From Alkalispirochaeta sp. (GTDB lineage: Bacteria; Spirochaetota; Spirochaetia; DSM-27196; Alkalispirochaetaceae): a stretch of DNA of 64,000 nucleotides. The notes beneath the pieces were generated by a model that saw only the letters and a program-made list of their open reading frames with translations, was not told where the DNA came from and made no database searches. Positions 23,035 to 34,936 of the stretch are shown piece after piece; position 1 is the first letter of the stretch; every line of letters begins with the position of its first letter. The DNA lies in contig CBDESZ010000030.1 of NCBI GenBank assembly GCA_965242725.1, positions 1 to 64,000 of the forward strand, written 5' to 3'. The position numbers and the translations under genes are program-made.

Positions 23035-23233
23035 TCAGGCATGGTATATAAAAGAAAGAGAAGGACGCAGGAAGAAGCGGGGTGGACGGTCGATGCAGCA
23101 TGCATCCGACCATCCGGGTCAACGACCCTTGTCCGGTCATCGACGCGAATCGATACCGAACGTGTTGCGGTTGTTGCCAACCGCCATCAACGGCACTGCC
23201 AAAAAAGACAGCTGTCGATGTGACCTTTCTCGT

Positions 23234-24777
<1,544 letters not shown>

Positions 24778-24874
24778 CTATTAACGCCTCTGTAAACAGA
24801 GACGCTTACCATTTCAAGTAATCAACTGAACCCGCTTCTTCGCGTTACGCGTCCTTCCCTTCTCTATTATTCCA

Positions 24875-24885
24875 TGTGAAAGAGC
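24875..24885 (-). promoter_or_regulatory. Leader boxA-like antitermination element
   Basis: GCTCTTTCACA in the rrn leader. Confidence 0.65.
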
Positions 24886-24977
24886 TCGCCTCACTCACCG
24901 TCGTCTACACACTCGTTCCCTCTCGTGACGTCCCGCGTGTGCTTGTGTGTCGTCCGGTGTTCGTGCGGCGGATGGTC

Positions 24978-25120
24978 ACTCTACTCGTTCTCAGCTCTCC
25001 GTGTCAACCACTTCAGCTGCTTTTCTTTCAAGCTTCCTGACCACCCTCTGTTGTCGGCGCCTCCGGTTTCACCCGTGCGACGCGAGCGGAAACCTACCAA
25101 ATTCCCCGCCGACAGGTCAA
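24978..25120 (-). promoter_or_regulatory. Tandem rrn promoters P1 and P2
   Basis: P1 TTGACC(25120-25115)-18-TAGGTT(25096-25091); P2 TTGACA(25007-25002)-18-TAGAGT(24983-24978). Confidence 0.7.
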
Positions 25121-25163
25121 CCGGTTTGAGAAAAGAAAATCGCAGATATGATAAACTTCGTTC

Positions 25164-26951
25164 ATGAACGAAATTGACCAGCGTATACACCGTGTTCGAG
25201 ACTGGATGACCCGAAATGAGATTGATGCCGTCATCATACCATCGACCGATCCTCATCAAAGCGAGTACCCCCCGGAGCACCATCGCGTACGCTCCTGGAT
25301 CACCGGCTTTGACGGTTCAGCGGGTACGGCGGTCATTACCGCTGCAGACGCCGGACTCTGGACCGATTCGCGCTATTTTCTTGAAGCGGAAAAGGCGATT
25401 GACGGGACCGGGTTCCGCCTCTTCCGCCTTCACACCTCGGGAACTCCGAACTACCCCGAATGGCTCGGCCGGGAGGTGCGTGAAAATGGTCGAGTCGCCG
25501 TGGATATGCGTACCGTTACGGTCAATGCCGTCCGGGAGCTGGAACGCCGGTTCCGGAAAAAGAGTATTCAACTGACCGATCTCGGGAACGGTATAACCGA
25601 AATGTGGACCTCCCGCCCGGCGGTCCCCGCTTCTCTGCTGTACCGCGTTCCGGACGAGATCAGCGGCGGGTCAACGGCAGAGAAAATCGGCCGCATACGT
25701 TCAACGATGGCAACCGAGGGGGCACGAAGTCATGTGGTGGGAACTCTCGACGACATTGCATGGATCCTGAACCTTCGCGGAGCGGACGTCCCCTATAACC
25801 CCGTATTTCTGGCATATCTCATCATAGACGACACCCGGACAACGTTATACACCGATACCGGACGCGTCTCCGGAGAGGTAAAAAGCTACCTTGACGAAAA
25901 CGGTATCACCCTCGCCGAATACGATTCGTTCTATACCGACATCTCCGACATGAACGGGCCGGTAATGATCGATCCCGATAGGCTCAGCTACGCCGTAGCA
26001 ACCACCTGGAATGCAGCGGCGCGGGTGGAGACGATACAGCCGTCGACGGTGATGAAAGCGCGCAAGAATACGGTGGAGCTGGGGCATATCCGAAATGTCA
26101 TGCGTCGCGACGGCGCGGCAATGGTTCGATTTTTACGACAATTCGACGACAGAGTTCGGTCAGGAGAAACCTTCACGGAGATAGAGGCGGCGGAAATGCT
26201 CCGCAGGCAGCGCCGTGACACGGACAACTACGTCGGCGACAGCTTCAACTACATCTCGGGATTCAATGGAAACGGCGCCATCGTCCACTATGCGGCAGAA
26301 CCACGGAGCACGGCGACGATAACCTCACCCGGCGTCTACCTGATCGATTCCGGCGGGCAGTACCGGGACGGCACCACCGACATAACTCGTACCGTTGCGG
26401 TCGGCGCGGTCGACCCGGGAGCACAACGGGATTTCACCCTGGTACTCAAGGGACACATCGCCCTTGCTACTCTCGTCTTTCCCGCAGGTACGTCGGGTCG
26501 CGACATCGATGCGATTGCGCGGATGCCGCTGTGGTCGGAACACTGCAACTACGGCCACGGAACGGGTCACGGGGTGGGATTCTTTCTCAACGTGCATGAA
26601 GGTCCCCAGAGAATCGCCCCGTCATCCTCGGACTGGCCTCTGGAAGGGGGGATGGTGGTCTCCAATGAGCCGGGACTGTATCGACCGGGGAAATGGGGGA
26701 TTCGGATCGAGAATCTCCTCGCCGTTTCCATTCCCGCCGACACGACGGAGACGGAGTTCGGCGCATTTCTCACCTTTGAAACGCTGACGCTCTGCCCCAT
26801 AGACCGCCGCATGATCGACCTCGACATGTTGACGCCGTCTGAGCGGAGCTGGGTCGATTCCTATCACCGGACGGTTCGACTGCAGATCGAACCGCTCCTG
26901 AACGATGCGGACGACCGGCGCTGGCTTGAGGAGGCAACTGCGCCGCTGTAG
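25164..26951 (+). CDS. Aminopeptidase P (Xaa-Pro aminopeptidase, M24B, three-domain type)
   Basis: DPHQSEY, GFDGSAG, WTDSRY, DSGGQYRDGTTDITRT, HGTGHGVG, HEGP, SNEPG, GIRIEN. Confidence 0.95.
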   Translation: MNEIDQRIHRVRDWMTRNEIDAVIIPSTDPHQSEYPPEHHRVRSWITGFDGSAGTAVITAADAGLWTDSRYFLEAEKAIDGTGFRLFRLHTSGTPNYPEWLGREVRENGRVAVDMRTVTVNAVRELERRFRKKSIQLTDLGNGITEMWTSRPAVPASLLYRVPDEISGGSTAEKIGRIRSTMATEGARSHVVGTLDDIAWILNLRGADVPYNPVFLAYLIIDDTRTTLYTDTGRVSGEVKSYLDENGITLAEYDSFYTDISDMNGPVMIDPDRLSYAVATTWNAAARVETIQPSTVMKARKNTVELGHIRNVMRRDGAAMVRFLRQFDDRVRSGETFTEIEAAEMLRRQRRDTDNYVGDSFNYISGFNGNGAIVHYAAEPRSTATITSPGVYLIDSGGQYRDGTTDITRTVAVGAVDPGAQRDFTLVLKGHIALATLVFPAGTSGRDIDAIARMPLWSEHCNYGHGTGHGVGFFLNVHEGPQRIAPSSSDWPLEGGMVVSNEPGLYRPGKWGIRIENLLAVSIPADTTETEFGAFLTFETLTLCPIDRRMIDLDMLTPSERSWVDSYHRTVRLQIEPLLNDADDRRWLEEATAPL

Positions 26952-27005
26952 CATATTCGCTGCAGAGGCTGCGGAGAATGCCGCGTCGTCGCCTGCGACA
27001 CGGGG

Positions 27006-28190
27006 TTACTGGGGGAGAATGATCGTGTTTATCTTTACCGCCAGTTCCCTGCCCCGCTGAAAGACCTGTTCCCTGGTCACACTCCCCCGCGGTCGGGGGT
27101 GGGGCGGGGCATCACCGATGAGAATGATAATGCGGTCATCCCCTTCCCAGTCGAAACTCTGCACGCCCGCCCAGAGCGCTTCATAGACCGCTTCCGGGAT
27201 GTCACGCCCGCCGCCGATACGTATTCGATTCAGACGATCCTGGACGAGCGCAAAGGTATCGACAAAATCGTATTTCCGTACCAGATACTCTTCCAGGTAG
27301 TCGCGATAGAGAATGAATCCAACCCGAAAGCTCTCGTATTCCGCAACCAGCGGTCGAAGGGTTTCGATAAGGCCGTCCCGAAGTACCGGAAGGTCGTCAT
27401 GCATGCTCTGCGTCGTGTCGAGGGCCAGGACGAGATCAAGGGTGTCGCCGTCGCCGGGCAGAAGGTCGGCAATACGGTTGAGGGTGTCTTCCGGCCCCTG
27501 GGAGAAGAGGGAAACGCCGTCATTTTCTTCCGCGATATCGGTAAAGGAGTCGACCGTATCGGGCATGTAGTTCCCCTCCGGCGGCCCGGCCATCGGCGCC
27601 TGCTGGACCCGTACGATAAAGGGATTGTCCTGAAAGGAACCGCGATAGTCGGCGTAGGGGCGGGAAAAGGTCCGGATACTGAGGTACGTTCCATCGAGGA
27701 CCATAACCTCTCCGTGACGCGTATCGGGGTACCCGTATTCCAGAATATAGGGAATGAAGATGCGAAAAGCCTGGCCGAACTCCTCGTCTTCCTCGACGGT
27801 ACTGTCAACGAGAAAGTACCTTCCGTCCCGGGGGAGGAACTCACCGTTGAGTATGCGCCGCTCGTCTCCGTTTGCGGGATGGTACTCAGGTGCGCGAAAG
27901 GCGAAGGTCGTTACATTCCGCTCGGGCGCTTCCGTTGATTCGGTGATGAGGACCGACTCGATGCCGGCTTTTTTCCGAATCCACAGGTAGTAACCGCCTT
28001 CAATGGTCTGTTCTATACGAAGGTCATCGGTACCAACCGATAAATCGGTCGCGGTTTCGGTCTGAGCGACCAGCACGGTTGTGGACACCAGAATGAAGAT
28101 GCCTGCGAGAATGATCCGCGCCGCGCTGAAAGACTTTTTCCGCCGGACCGATGACGTCGACGCGTCGTTTCGTTCCCTCTTTTTTACCAT
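27006..28190 (-). CDS. Exported vWA-domain protein (start chosen by GAGGTG SD; ORF track gives 28202)
   Basis: Signal peptide; MIDAS DTTQS, YRDY, GGRDIPEA, IGDAPPH. Confidence 0.85.
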   Translation of the reverse strand: MVKKRERNDASTSSVRRKKSFSAARIILAGIFILVSTTVLVAQTETATDLSVGTDDLRIEQTIEGGYYLWIRKKAGIESVLITESTEAPERNVTTFAFRAPEYHPANGDERRILNGEFLPRDGRYFLVDSTVEEDEEFGQAFRIFIPYILEYGYPDTRHGEVMVLDGTYLSIRTFSRPYADYRGSFQDNPFIVRVQQAPMAGPPEGNYMPDTVDSFTDIAEENDGVSLFSQGPEDTLNRIADLLPGDGDTLDLVLALDTTQSMHDDLPVLRDGLIETLRPLVAEYESFRVGFILYRDYLEEYLVRKYDFVDTFALVQDRLNRIRIGGGRDIPEAVYEALWAGVQSFDWEGDDRIIILIGDAPPHPRPRGSVTREQVFQRGRELAVKINTIILPQ

Positions 28191-28229
28191 GGAACACCTC
28201 ATTTTGAGGTATCGGCAGCTTTTCCCTCC

Positions 28230-28829
28230 CTATTGAGAAAGCTCTATTACGGCGGGCAGTTCCGGCAGGTCCTCCGGGAAGAACGTGAGACGCCTGCCGC
28301 GCTCGCCGTGAAGGGTGAGAAAAAAACGGAACTGTTCCATGAAGGGATCGATAAATGAGCAAAGGGATCGAGAGTCGTTCAAGCCGGCGACCCTCAGGAA
28401 CAGCCGATAATCGCCGCTGTCCGGGGACGGCTCCACTTCAAACACGAGGATTTCGCCGGCATCCCGTGGTGCCTCGACATCATTCCCGCCGGCGTTACCG
28501 ACGTAGCGGAAGATACGGCCGGCCGCACAACTCCGGTCGGCACGCCACCGTTCTCCGGACGTTGCCGGTCCCGGCGGAAGACCGCCCGCCTGCATATTCC
28601 CTGCCAGGTACAAATCTATACGGAGTCCGTCGAGAACATACCGCCCGTGATAGTATGGCGCGGTATTTGCCGGGAAGAGCGGGAGCCCCCTCCCCCACCG
28701 GACGGGAGAATCGAGGATGCCGATTTCCTGGCCGAAGACCGCGCCCGGTGCGACGGCGGCCAGGAGAACGAGGGAGAGCGCGGCAACCCGCGCTCCCGGT
28801 GATCTCCGTCGTGAGATGAATGGGCTCAT
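28230..28829 (-). CDS. Hypothetical exported protein
   Basis: Co-oriented between glmS and the vWA gene; signal-like ALSLVLLAAVAPGAVFG-Q. Confidence 0.55.
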   Translation of the reverse strand: MSPFISRRRSPGARVAALSLVLLAAVAPGAVFGQEIGILDSPVRWGRGLPLFPANTAPYYHGRYVLDGLRIDLYLAGNMQAGGLPPGPATSGERWRADRSCAAGRIFRYVGNAGGNDVEAPRDAGEILVFEVEPSPDSGDYRLFLRVAGLNDSRSLCSFIDPFMEQFRFFLTLHGERGRRLTFFPEDLPELPAVIELSQ

Positions 28830-28840
28830 CCCGGGGCGCC

Positions 28841-30664
28841 CTACTCCACCGTTACGCTTTTTGCAAGATTTCTCGGCTGATCGACGTTGCATCCGCGTTC
28901 GAGGGCGCAAAAATAGGCAAACACCTGCGTCGGCACGACCATGAGCAGGGGATACATGAACTCATTGGCCTTGGGAACATAGAGCACGTCGTCGGCGATG
29001 AGAGAGACCTCCCGGTCACCTTCCACCGCGAGGGCGATGACGGGGCCGCCCCGCGCCTTCACCTCTTTCATGTTATTGATCACCTTGTCCCGCAACCCGT
29101 CATCGGGAACGAAGAAAAAGGATGGAGTCTCCTCGTTAATCAGGGCAATCGGACCGTGCTTGATCTCGGCGGCACTATAACCCTCGGCATGGATGTAACT
29201 CACTTCCTTGAGCTTCAACGCCGCCTCCAACGCCACGGGGTAGTTAATCCCCCGTCCGAGAAAGAGAAAATCGTCGCATCGGGCGTACTTTCGGGCCAGA
29301 GCCTGAATGGGGGACACGTCTTCCAGAATCGTCTCGATCTGACGCGGCACCGCCTCCAGGGCGTCAATGAACCGCAATCCCTGCTCGAAAGACATATCCC
29401 TCATGCGTCCCATGATGAGGGCAAAGAGGTACAGTGCGGTCAATTGACTTGTAAACGCCTTGGTAGACGCCACGGCGATCTCGGGACCGGAGTGAATATA
29501 TACGCCGCCGTCTGACTCACGGGGAATTGTCGATCCGACGACATTGCATATGCCGAGAACCCGTCCGCCCTTGCGCTGAACCTCCCGCATGGCATAGAGG
29601 GTATCTGCCGTCTCGCCGGACTGACTGACCGCAAAATAGAGACTGTTCCGCTCCACGATCGGGTTGCGATACCGCGTTTCACTCGCCAGCTCCGCGTTGG
29701 CGGGCAGGCGTGAAATCGCCTCGAGCACATAGGAGGCAACCATTCCGGCGTGGTAACTTGTACCGGCGGCCAGTATCTTGATTCTGTTTATTTCCAGGAG
29801 TTCACGGTTGGAAAGATTGAGTCCGCCAAGGTGGCCGGTGGCGTACTCCCGATCGAGGCGTCCCTGCATCGCCCGGGGAATCGATTCGACCTGCTCATAG
29901 ATCTCCTTTTCCATGAAGTGGGCAAAACCGGCCTTTTCAATCTCTTCAAGTTCCCAACTGATATAGTCAATCTGTTTTTGTATTTCGTTGTTTCGGCGGT
30001 CCGTTGTTGCATATCCGTCGGGAGTCACCGACACAACCTCGCCGTCTTCTATATACACGACCTGTTTGGTGTGGGCGATAATGGCGGTAACATCGCTGGC
30101 GAGAAACATTTCGCCGTCGCCGATTCCGAGCACGAGGGGAGAGCCGTTCCGCGCTCCCACAAGTCTATCGGGCTCGTCGACGTGCATCGCCACGATTCCG
30201 TACGTCCCCTTGAGGAGCCCCACCGTCTCCTTAACCGCCTTTTCAAGGTCGCCGTCATAAAAATCGGCGACGAGGTGAGCGATCACCTCGGAATCGGTCT
30301 CGGTAATAAAGACGTGCCCTTCATCCTCGAGATGCTCTTTCAGGGTCATGTAGTTTTCAATAATACCGTTATGGACGATACCGACACGTCCCGTCGGATC
30401 GAGGTGAGGGTGAGCGTTGACGTCGTTAACACCACCATGAGTCGCCCAGCGGGTATGCCCGATTCCGATGTGACCCGGAAAGGATTCGGGTACGTGTGCC
30501 CGCAGGTCGTTGATCTTTCCGGCGCGCTTCACCAGTCGCAGCGCACCTTCGTGCTCAACACTGATTCCCGCAGAGTCATATCCGCGATATTCAAGCCGCT
30601 TCAGCCCTTCAATCAGGATCGGCGCCGCCACCCTGGGGCCACAGTATCCGATAATTCCACACAT
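28841..30664 (-). CDS. glmS: Glutamine--fructose-6-phosphate aminotransferase
   Basis: MCGIIG, LEYRGYDSAG, HTRWATHG, SQSGET, VASTKAF, PRNLAKSVTVE. Confidence 0.98.
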   Translation of the reverse strand: MCGIIGYCGPRVAAPILIEGLKRLEYRGYDSAGISVEHEGALRLVKRAGKINDLRAHVPESFPGHIGIGHTRWATHGGVNDVNAHPHLDPTGRVGIVHNGIIENYMTLKEHLEDEGHVFITETDSEVIAHLVADFYDGDLEKAVKETVGLLKGTYGIVAMHVDEPDRLVGARNGSPLVLGIGDGEMFLASDVTAIIAHTKQVVYIEDGEVVSVTPDGYATTDRRNNEIQKQIDYISWELEEIEKAGFAHFMEKEIYEQVESIPRAMQGRLDREYATGHLGGLNLSNRELLEINRIKILAAGTSYHAGMVASYVLEAISRLPANAELASETRYRNPIVERNSLYFAVSQSGETADTLYAMREVQRKGGRVLGICNVVGSTIPRESDGGVYIHSGPEIAVASTKAFTSQLTALYLFALIMGRMRDMSFEQGLRFIDALEAVPRQIETILEDVSPIQALARKYARCDDFLFLGRGINYPVALEAALKLKEVSYIHAEGYSAAEIKHGPIALINEETPSFFFVPDDGLRDKVINNMKEVKARGGPVIALAVEGDREVSLIADDVLYVPKANEFMYPLLMVVPTQVFAYFCALERGCNVDQPRNLAKSVTVE

Positions 30665-30666
30665 TT

Positions 30667-31290
30667 TTATTCGTCCTCCATAGTCGCCAAGCGGACCAGC
30701 CGTTTCTTGTCTTTCAATCGTATCGCATTCCCATCGACATTACAGATCCCGGCCCTGTCGAAACCGAAGAGAACTTCCGATACCCGCTCCTGTGGTGATG
30801 CAAGTTGCAGGGCGATCTCTTCAACCGTCCGGTTGAAGGTCAGCACCTGATTGTCGGTTTCCCGTTCCTGAAACCGGTTGTACAGATTAAGGGCGATCAT
30901 ACTGCGCTCATTCTGACGAACCAGAGTCTGGATCTGGGAATTTGCGTTCTGAAGCTTTCGCGACAGCTTGTCTATGACGTTCATCGCGATTTGCGTATTT
31001 TTGCCGATCATTGCCTCGAAACCGCGACGGTCAAAGGCAAGAATCTCGACCGTCCCGGAGGCGACGGCAGATGCCGATCGTACGGTATTGGAAACGATCG
31101 CCATCTCCCCGAAAAAATCACCCTTGGTCAGCTCCGCGAGTTGATGTTCCCGATTGTCAATTTTCTTTGTGATGCGAACGACACCCGATTGAATGATATA
31201 CATCTTGTCGCCCCGCTGACCTTCCTCAAAGATCACCGTCCCGTCCCGCACGGTCTGTCCATATTTTTCAAATAGGGGACTTGGTGCCAC
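30667..31290 (-). CDS. Cyclic-nucleotide-binding (Crp/Fnr-like) protein; GTG start after GGAGG
   Basis: IFEEGQRGDKMYII, GDFFGEMAI...RSASA, C-terminal wHTH-like region. Confidence 0.85.
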   Translation of the reverse strand: MAPSPLFEKYGQTVRDGTVIFEEGQRGDKMYIIQSGVVRITKKIDNREHQLAELTKGDFFGEMAIVSNTVRSASAVASGTVEILAFDRRGFEAMIGKNTQIAMNVIDKLSRKLQNANSQIQTLVRQNERSMIALNLYNRFQERETDNQVLTFNRTVEEIALQLASPQERVSEVLFGFDRAGICNVDGNAIRLKDKKRLVRLATMEDE

Positions 31291-31405
31291 AATTTTTCCT
31301 CCGGTACATAATTGTACTACACCATTGCAGATTATTGCTCTTTTGGGCAAGCGGCGATCCCTTTCTGTCGTTCTTTAGGTCGTAACACACGTAGCAGGAG
31401 GGCCC

Positions 31406-32443
31406 ATGAGTCGATTACGTATCGTGCACGCTCTCGCACTCTGCGGAATCTGCGGTCTGTTCACGGGGATGGCCGGAGGATGTGATCCCCAGGCGACCCT
31501 TCCTGAGATGATTCGCGGGGACTGGCAGGCTCCAATTCTCCACCGAACGGAGGCGCGGTCGGAATCGGTCGTCGCGATGGAGTTTGATGAACCGGTACAT
31601 CTGCTGGAGCTTTCCATCGATCCGGTGGTGGAAATAACGGAATCCCGGTGGTGGGACGGGGCGTTGGAACTGACCGGTCGCCCCGCCTTTCTTCCCGGCA
31701 GGGAGTACTGGATCGACGCGCGCGTAGCGGACGAATCGGGTAACGTTTCGTCCATCCTGGCATCCGTATATGGACTCAATGAACATGTACCGGATATCCG
31801 TATCAGCGAATTTGTATGCGAGGGTTCTGCGGCGCATCCCGACTGGATCGAGCTGGAAGTACTCACCGACGGCAACGTAGGGGGAATGTGTCTCTATGAA
31901 GGGAGCCCCGGCTCATGGGACAGCAGAGTTATTCTGCCGCCCCTGGATGTGGGAGGGGGAGACTATATCGTCGTCCACTGCAAACCCGAAGGCCTTCCCG
32001 AAGAGGTTGACGAGCTGACCACCCCCTCGGAGAGCGGCGGAAATGATGCGTCTCCGGCCGCCTGGGACGTGTGGGTGCCTGAGGGGGACGGGATACCCAA
32101 CAGCACGGGGGCGATCACACTCTGTTCCTATCCTCGCGGCCCGATTGTGGATGCCGTCCTGTACACAACCAAGAAGTATGACGTAAGCAGCGACAAACGC
32201 GGCTTCGGCCTGACATCCCAGCTGGCTATGTTTGAGGAAGTTGTCGCGCTGGGCGGATGGGAAATTACCGGTGAGTTTGTCATTCCTGAAGACGGTGTCG
32301 ATCCGGAAAACAGCACGGCTACACGATCAATCTGCCGTACTCCCGGCGCCCCGGACACCGGCACCGCCGCGGATTGGCATATCACTCCGACAGGCGGTGC
32401 CTCTCCGGGTTCACAAAACTCGCCGGACCGCTACAGCCCCTGA
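31406..32443 (+). CDS. Putative lipoprotein with lamin-tail-like domain
   Basis: Signal ending MAGG-C; IRISEF...PDWIELEV...GNVGG and C-terminal ITPTGGASPGSQN pattern. Confidence 0.6.
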   Translation: MSRLRIVHALALCGICGLFTGMAGGCDPQATLPEMIRGDWQAPILHRTEARSESVVAMEFDEPVHLLELSIDPVVEITESRWWDGALELTGRPAFLPGREYWIDARVADESGNVSSILASVYGLNEHVPDIRISEFVCEGSAAHPDWIELEVLTDGNVGGMCLYEGSPGSWDSRVILPPLDVGGGDYIVVHCKPEGLPEEVDELTTPSESGGNDASPAAWDVWVPEGDGIPNSTGAITLCSYPRGPIVDAVLYTTKKYDVSSDKRGFGLTSQLAMFEEVVALGGWEITGEFVIPEDGVDPENSTATRSICRTPGAPDTGTAADWHITPTGGASPGSQNSPDRYSP

Positions 32444-32453
32444 TGAGAGGCAC

Positions 32454-32780
32454 CTACTCCTGTGACAGCACGGGAGCAAGCATTTCTTTCATCCGTGCGG
32501 TAGGTGCCGCACCGAGGTGCTCTGCCACCACTTTCCCATTATGGAAGAGCAAAAACGAAGGGATACTGACCACTTCGTAGCGGTTGGCAAGATCCTGCTC
32601 CTCATCCACATTGACCCTGACGATAACAAGCTTGCCTTCGTATTCTGCGGCAAGGTCGTCCAGGACGGGTTCCATCATTTTACACGGCATGCACCAGTCC
32701 GCCCAGAAATCGACGAGCACCGGAAGATCCGATTGGAGGACGGCATCATCAAAACGATCGGTGGTGATATCGGTTTTCAT
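32454..32780 (-). CDS. trxA: Thioredoxin
   Basis: PVLVDFWADWCMPCK, SIP; start at MKTDITT. Confidence 0.9.
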   Translation of the reverse strand: MKTDITTDRFDDAVLQSDLPVLVDFWADWCMPCKMMEPVLDDLAAEYEGKLVIVRVNVDEEQDLANRYEVVSIPSFLLFHNGKVVAEHLGAAPTARMKEMLAPVLSQE

Positions 32781-32843
32781 GACCATACAGTACGGAGACG
32801 CCATCAGAAAGGCAACTCATTTCCTTTTTTTCCGACCGTATCT

Positions 32844-33680
32844 CTAATCTGCACGTGCCAGCTCGCGGGTCAGATGAAAAATTCGTTGATAGAGTTTCCG
32901 ATATGATCCGTCGAAATCGTTGCTGCCGCCGTCTGCCGCATCAGCCTCCCCGGCAGCACGGACAAAGGCCGATCCCACAACGGCTGCGTGGGCGTACCTG
33001 AGGACGGCGTCCACCTGCTCCACCGTGGAAATGCCGAAACCCGCAAGTATTTTCGGTGCCGGTGTCTCGTTAGCGCCACCCGGTACCTCTCGCTTTCCTG
33101 TTCCGCTGTCGCGGGTAAGAGATTGAAGAAATGCGACGTTTTCCGCCCCGATTTCGGTATACGCACCGGTTGTACCACGTCGCAATGACGCATATACAAA
33201 CTCGCTTTGCAGGCCGAGGGTAAGGTCAATCCGCTCAGCCGCGGCACCCAGCGCTATCACCGGTACGACTGCAACGCCGTGGGCTTCTCCCGCGGCATAG
33301 AGCCCCTCGTCCAGGTCAACAGGGAGATCCGGTACGATCAATCCCCGCACCCCCCTGGATGCCGCTTCCCGGACATACCGATCGATCCCATAAACGAAAA
33401 CCGGGGAGGCATAGCTCATTACGAAGACATCAACTCCCGCATGTGCCGCGTAGGGAACGATTTCTTCAAGAAAACGCCATCCCTCATCCAGCCGAAAGCC
33501 CGCATTCAAGGCCGCCGATCCTGCACCCTGTATCGCCGGTCCGTCCGCCGTGGGATCACTGAATGGGAATTGCACTTCAAGGTAGGAGGTTCCTCCGTCT
33601 ACCATCGCTCTGGCAATATCTATGCTTCCCCGGCGATCGGGAAAAAAGGGAATCATATGCGTCATCAGTACGTTTTTCAT
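32844..33680 (-). CDS. trpA: Tryptophan synthase alpha chain
   Basis: LEVQFPFSDPTADGPAIQ, VPDLP, GTTG, GFGIS, VVGSA. Confidence 0.95.
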   Translation of the reverse strand: MKNVLMTHMIPFFPDRRGSIDIARAMVDGGTSYLEVQFPFSDPTADGPAIQGAGSAALNAGFRLDEGWRFLEEIVPYAAHAGVDVFVMSYASPVFVYGIDRYVREAASRGVRGLIVPDLPVDLDEGLYAAGEAHGVAVVPVIALGAAAERIDLTLGLQSEFVYASLRRGTTGAYTEIGAENVAFLQSLTRDSGTGKREVPGGANETPAPKILAGFGISTVEQVDAVLRYAHAAVVGSAFVRAAGEADAADGGSNDFDGSYRKLYQRIFHLTRELARAD

Positions 33681-34936
33681 GTTTCTCCCCTTCCCTTGTC
33701 GAATTCAATTTCACTGATAGTCGCGCTTTCACGGAGGAGAAACTCCTTCCACCGGCGCGGCATCAGTTCCTTGGCGGTAATAAACAGATCCTTGTCACCC
33801 CGTCCGCTCATATTGACAACTACCACCGCATCGGACGGCAGAGATCTGGCAACTTCCATTGCGTGCCATCCGCCATGGGCGGACTCAAGGGCAAAGACAA
33901 CGCCTTCATTGCGGGCAAAGAACTGCAGCGCCGAGAGAGCCTGCTCGTCGGTTGCGCGCTGAAACTCTATACGTCCCGATTGTCCGAGGTACGCCAGTTG
34001 CGGCCCGATTCCCGGATAGTCGAGCCCTGCGGAGACGGAATGGGTATCCTGAACCTGTCCCTCGTCATCTAAGAGAAAGAGAGACTTGTAACCCTGGACG
34101 ATACCCGCGCGGCCGGCACCATTCATACGCGCAGCGTGATCGCCGATGGCGGTCCCCCGCCCCCCTGCCTCCACGCCCACCAGCCGCGGTGTGTTCTCCT
34201 CCAGATAGGGCGAAAAAAATCCGATGGCGTTGGAACCGCCACCGACGCATGCCACGAGAACGTCAGGCGTAACTGAGCGGCCGGCGAGTTGCTCCTTCAC
34301 TTCCCGTCCGACCACCGACTGAAACTCCCTGACCATATCCGGGTACGGGGAAGGACCCAGAGCGGATCCGATAATGTAGTGCGTGTCGTCGCACCGGGCC
34401 GCCCAGTCACGGAGCGCCTCATTGACGGCGTCCTTCAGTGTCCGTGCACCTGATGTCACCGGTACCACCTTCGTCCCAAAGAGTTCCATCAGAAAGACGT
34501 TTGGCCGTTGACGGGCGATGTCCACCTCACCCATATAGACTGTGCACTCAAGGCCAAGTTTGGCGCATATCGCCGCGGTAGCGAGACCATGCTGTCCCGC
34601 CCCCGTCTCGGCGATAATTCGCGTCTTTCCCATTCGTTTCGCCAGAAGGGCCTGACCGATCGCATTATTCACTTTGTGGGCCCCCGTATTGGCGAGCCCC
34701 TCAAGCTTAATGTAGAGCTGTGCTCCGCCAAGCTCCCGCGTTGCGTTCTCCGCGAAGAGGAGCGGCGTCGGTCGTCCCGTGTACTCCCGGTGTATGCGGT
34801 TTACATCATCCCAGAAGGCGGTATCGGACATTGCGTCGCGGAAGGCACGCTCAAGTTCATCCAACGGACCGCGCAGTACTTCCGCCACGTATTTCCCGCC
34901 AAATTCGCCAAAGAATCCGGTTCGTTCACTTTTCAC
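33677..34936 (-). CDS. trpB: Tryptophan synthase beta chain (GTG start overlapping trpCF stop, GGAGGAGG SD)
   Basis: TGAHKVNN, ETGAGQHG, VGGGSN, SAGLDYPGIGP, SGRGDKD. Confidence 0.97.
   Translation of the reverse strand: MKSERTGFFGEFGGKYVAEVLRGPLDELERAFRDAMSDTAFWDDVNRIHREYTGRPTPLLFAENATRELGGAQLYIKLEGLANTGAHKVNNAIGQALLAKRMGKTRIIAETGAGQHGLATAAICAKLGLECTVYMGEVDIARQRPNVFLMELFGTKVVPVTSGARTLKDAVNEALRDWAARCDDTHYIIGSALGPSPYPDMVREFQSVVGREVKEQLAGRSVTPDVLVACVGGGSNAIGFFSPYLEENTPRLVGVEAGGRGTAIGDHAARMNGAGRAGIVQGYKSLFLLDDEGQVQDTHSVSAGLDYPGIGPQLAYLGQSGRIEFQRATDEQALSALQFFARNEGVVFALESAHGGWHAMEVARSLPSDAVVVVNMSGRGDKDLFITAKELMPRRWKEFLLRESATISEIEFDKGRGET

Noticed and set aside
30665..30720. glmS ribozyme
   Set aside because: glmS starts 2 nt after the upstream stop codon, leaving no room for a leader.
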